Under the pieces are notes generated by a model. The model saw only the letters and a program-made list of their open reading frames with translations, had not been told where the DNA came from and ran no database searches. A stretch of DNA of 64,000 bases from assembly GCF_004010195.1 (NCBI RefSeq), contig NC_057745.1, positions 20,270,943 through 20,334,942 on the forward strand, read 5' to 3'. The position numbers and the translations under genes are program-made. The DNA comes from Chiloscyllium plagiosum. Lineage: Eukaryota. Below, piece after piece: positions 62,406 to 64,000 of this stretch (position 1 is its first letter; each line of letters begins with the position of its first letter).

Positions 62406-64000
62406 CTTCTGAATCTACACACAAGTTATGATATATATCGCTGACAGGCACAACTCTTTCCTTAGTCATGCTCTTGCTCCTAAAATATTGATAATACATT
62501 TTTATTTTTTACATGAAATATATTTTCAAAAATGTTTCATTCTCTATCCTAATTTTATTTTTCACTTCACTTTCTAAATTCATTTCAAACATCCTAAAGT
62601 ATGACTTTTTTGTTATTTAATCTCTATTTTTCTGCTTTATCTTGTCCTTGAATGGTTCTGGATAGTTGCTTCTAGATTTGGCAGTGCCATCCTTTTATCT
62701 TTGGGCACACAGAATCTAGGTTTTGAATGTCTCCCAGTGATTTTTGACTGACTTTTTTTTTAAGTAGCTGCATCCAGTTCACTTTTGCCATATCATCTCT
62801 CAGCTTTGTAAGATTTGTCTTACCATTATTTACTCATGTTCTATCTTTGTCACTTTCCTTAATGATGCTAAATCAGATTGTATTTTGATCACTAACTCAC
62901 CCACTGCTATTTCATCCACCTGTCCAGCTTAATATCCAATGACTAAATCTAGAATTGTGCCCCCTTGTTACTGAGCTTATGTGCTCGTTTAAAAAGTTCT
63001 CTTCAATGTAATTCAAGAATTTCACACTGTCTGTATCCCAGTTGATATTTTGGATAGTTCACTTTTTTTTTTAATATTCACTTATAGGACACTGGTGTTG
63101 CTGACTGGGCCAGCATTTATTGTCAGTCCCTAGTTGCCCTTGAGAAGGTGGTGGTGAGCTGCCTTCATGAACCACTGCAGTCCACGTGCTGCAGGTTGGC
63201 TCTCAATGTCATTAGGGAGGGAATTCCAGGATTTTGATTAGTCCCCAACTATTATTGCCTTTTTTTGATTTTACACTCAGAAATTTGCTTCCTCTAACTC
63301 TCTGCTATTATGGAGTCTCCTGTATTTGTCTAGCAGTGTGGCTGCACTTTTTCTGAGCTTAACCCATCAGATCACATCTTATGCTTCATTTAGTATATCA
63401 CCCCTCCTCACTGCTGTAATTGTTTTTTTTAGCAAATAATGCTACACCCCACCCTTGTTATCTTCTTCAACATGCCTGAAAACTCTATATCCAAGTTTGA
63501 TGAGCCCCATATGCGTGACATTCTTGTTGTCCTTCACCCACACAGCTGAGCTCAATGCAGGTTTTTGTTTTTTTTCTTCTATTTTCCTAGGTCGCCACTC
63601 AAGTCACCTCTTGTCTTGAGTCCTCTAATTATGTTGGTAGACTTCTGTTTACATTCAGAAGTCTGAGGGTTACCGATTGACATGACTTTTGTCTAGCGTT
63701 GCACTATAGTTGTGACTCTAAGGGCTGAATTTTCCTAGGCTCTGACTGATGGGCAGTGGCAAGTCAGTTGTGAAACTATGGTGACAATCATCCAAGCTTT
63801 TAATGGCTAGATGAGAATTTCCCGAGTAATTGAGGAGGGGCCTTTTTTGTATGCATAGACATCTTATAATGACCTAACCTTTTATTATTTATATGCAAGT
63901 TGCTATTTCCCAGGCAGTGGAGAGAAAATAGTCAGTGACAATTCTTGATACAAGTCTGTGGGTACCTGGCCATAGCAGCTCACCAGCCTGTTGTATGTTG

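Noticed and set aside
63570-63620. Next CCPG1 exon after a strong polypyrimidine-AG at 63590
   Set aside because: In the required phase it reads GRHSSHLLS then stop and lacks the expected acidic/Arg-rich CCPG1 sequence; the true next exon is probably beyond the window.

Overview
This is eukaryotic vertebrate DNA, almost certainly a shark or other elasmobranch, judging by HE1-type SINEs and CR1/HER1 LINEs. It holds the conserved DNAAF4(DYX1C1)-PIERCE2(C15orf65)-CCPG1 block. DNAAF4 is complete on + (9 coding exons, 1490-18098, 422 aa). PIERCE2 is on - (35704-36561) and carries an unexpected N-terminal array of about 8 acidic/Cys repeats. The 5' part of CCPG1 is on + (non-coding exon 1 plus 4 coding exons), head-to-head with PIERCE2 across a CpG-island promoter. 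The rest is mostly retroelements: CR1, L1, RTE, a Gypsy provirus with both LTRs and a TSD, solo LTRs, SINEs, a Harbinger relic and Penelope-like elements. There are two assembly gaps. The strongest non-genic signal is about a dozen copies of Penelope-derived minimal hammerhead ribozymes in at least two sequence families. They show covarying helices I/II and a palindromic ACGU or AGCU in place of helix III, and often sit in short TSD-flanked fold-back elements. At least three cores look intact, one in sense orientation just upstream of a DNAAF4 exon. Also notable are serial same-site insertions of a poly(A) retroposon into the Gypsy LTR and a strong splice donor 7 nt after the DNAAF4 stop codon. 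All calls were made by eye; no database searches were run.
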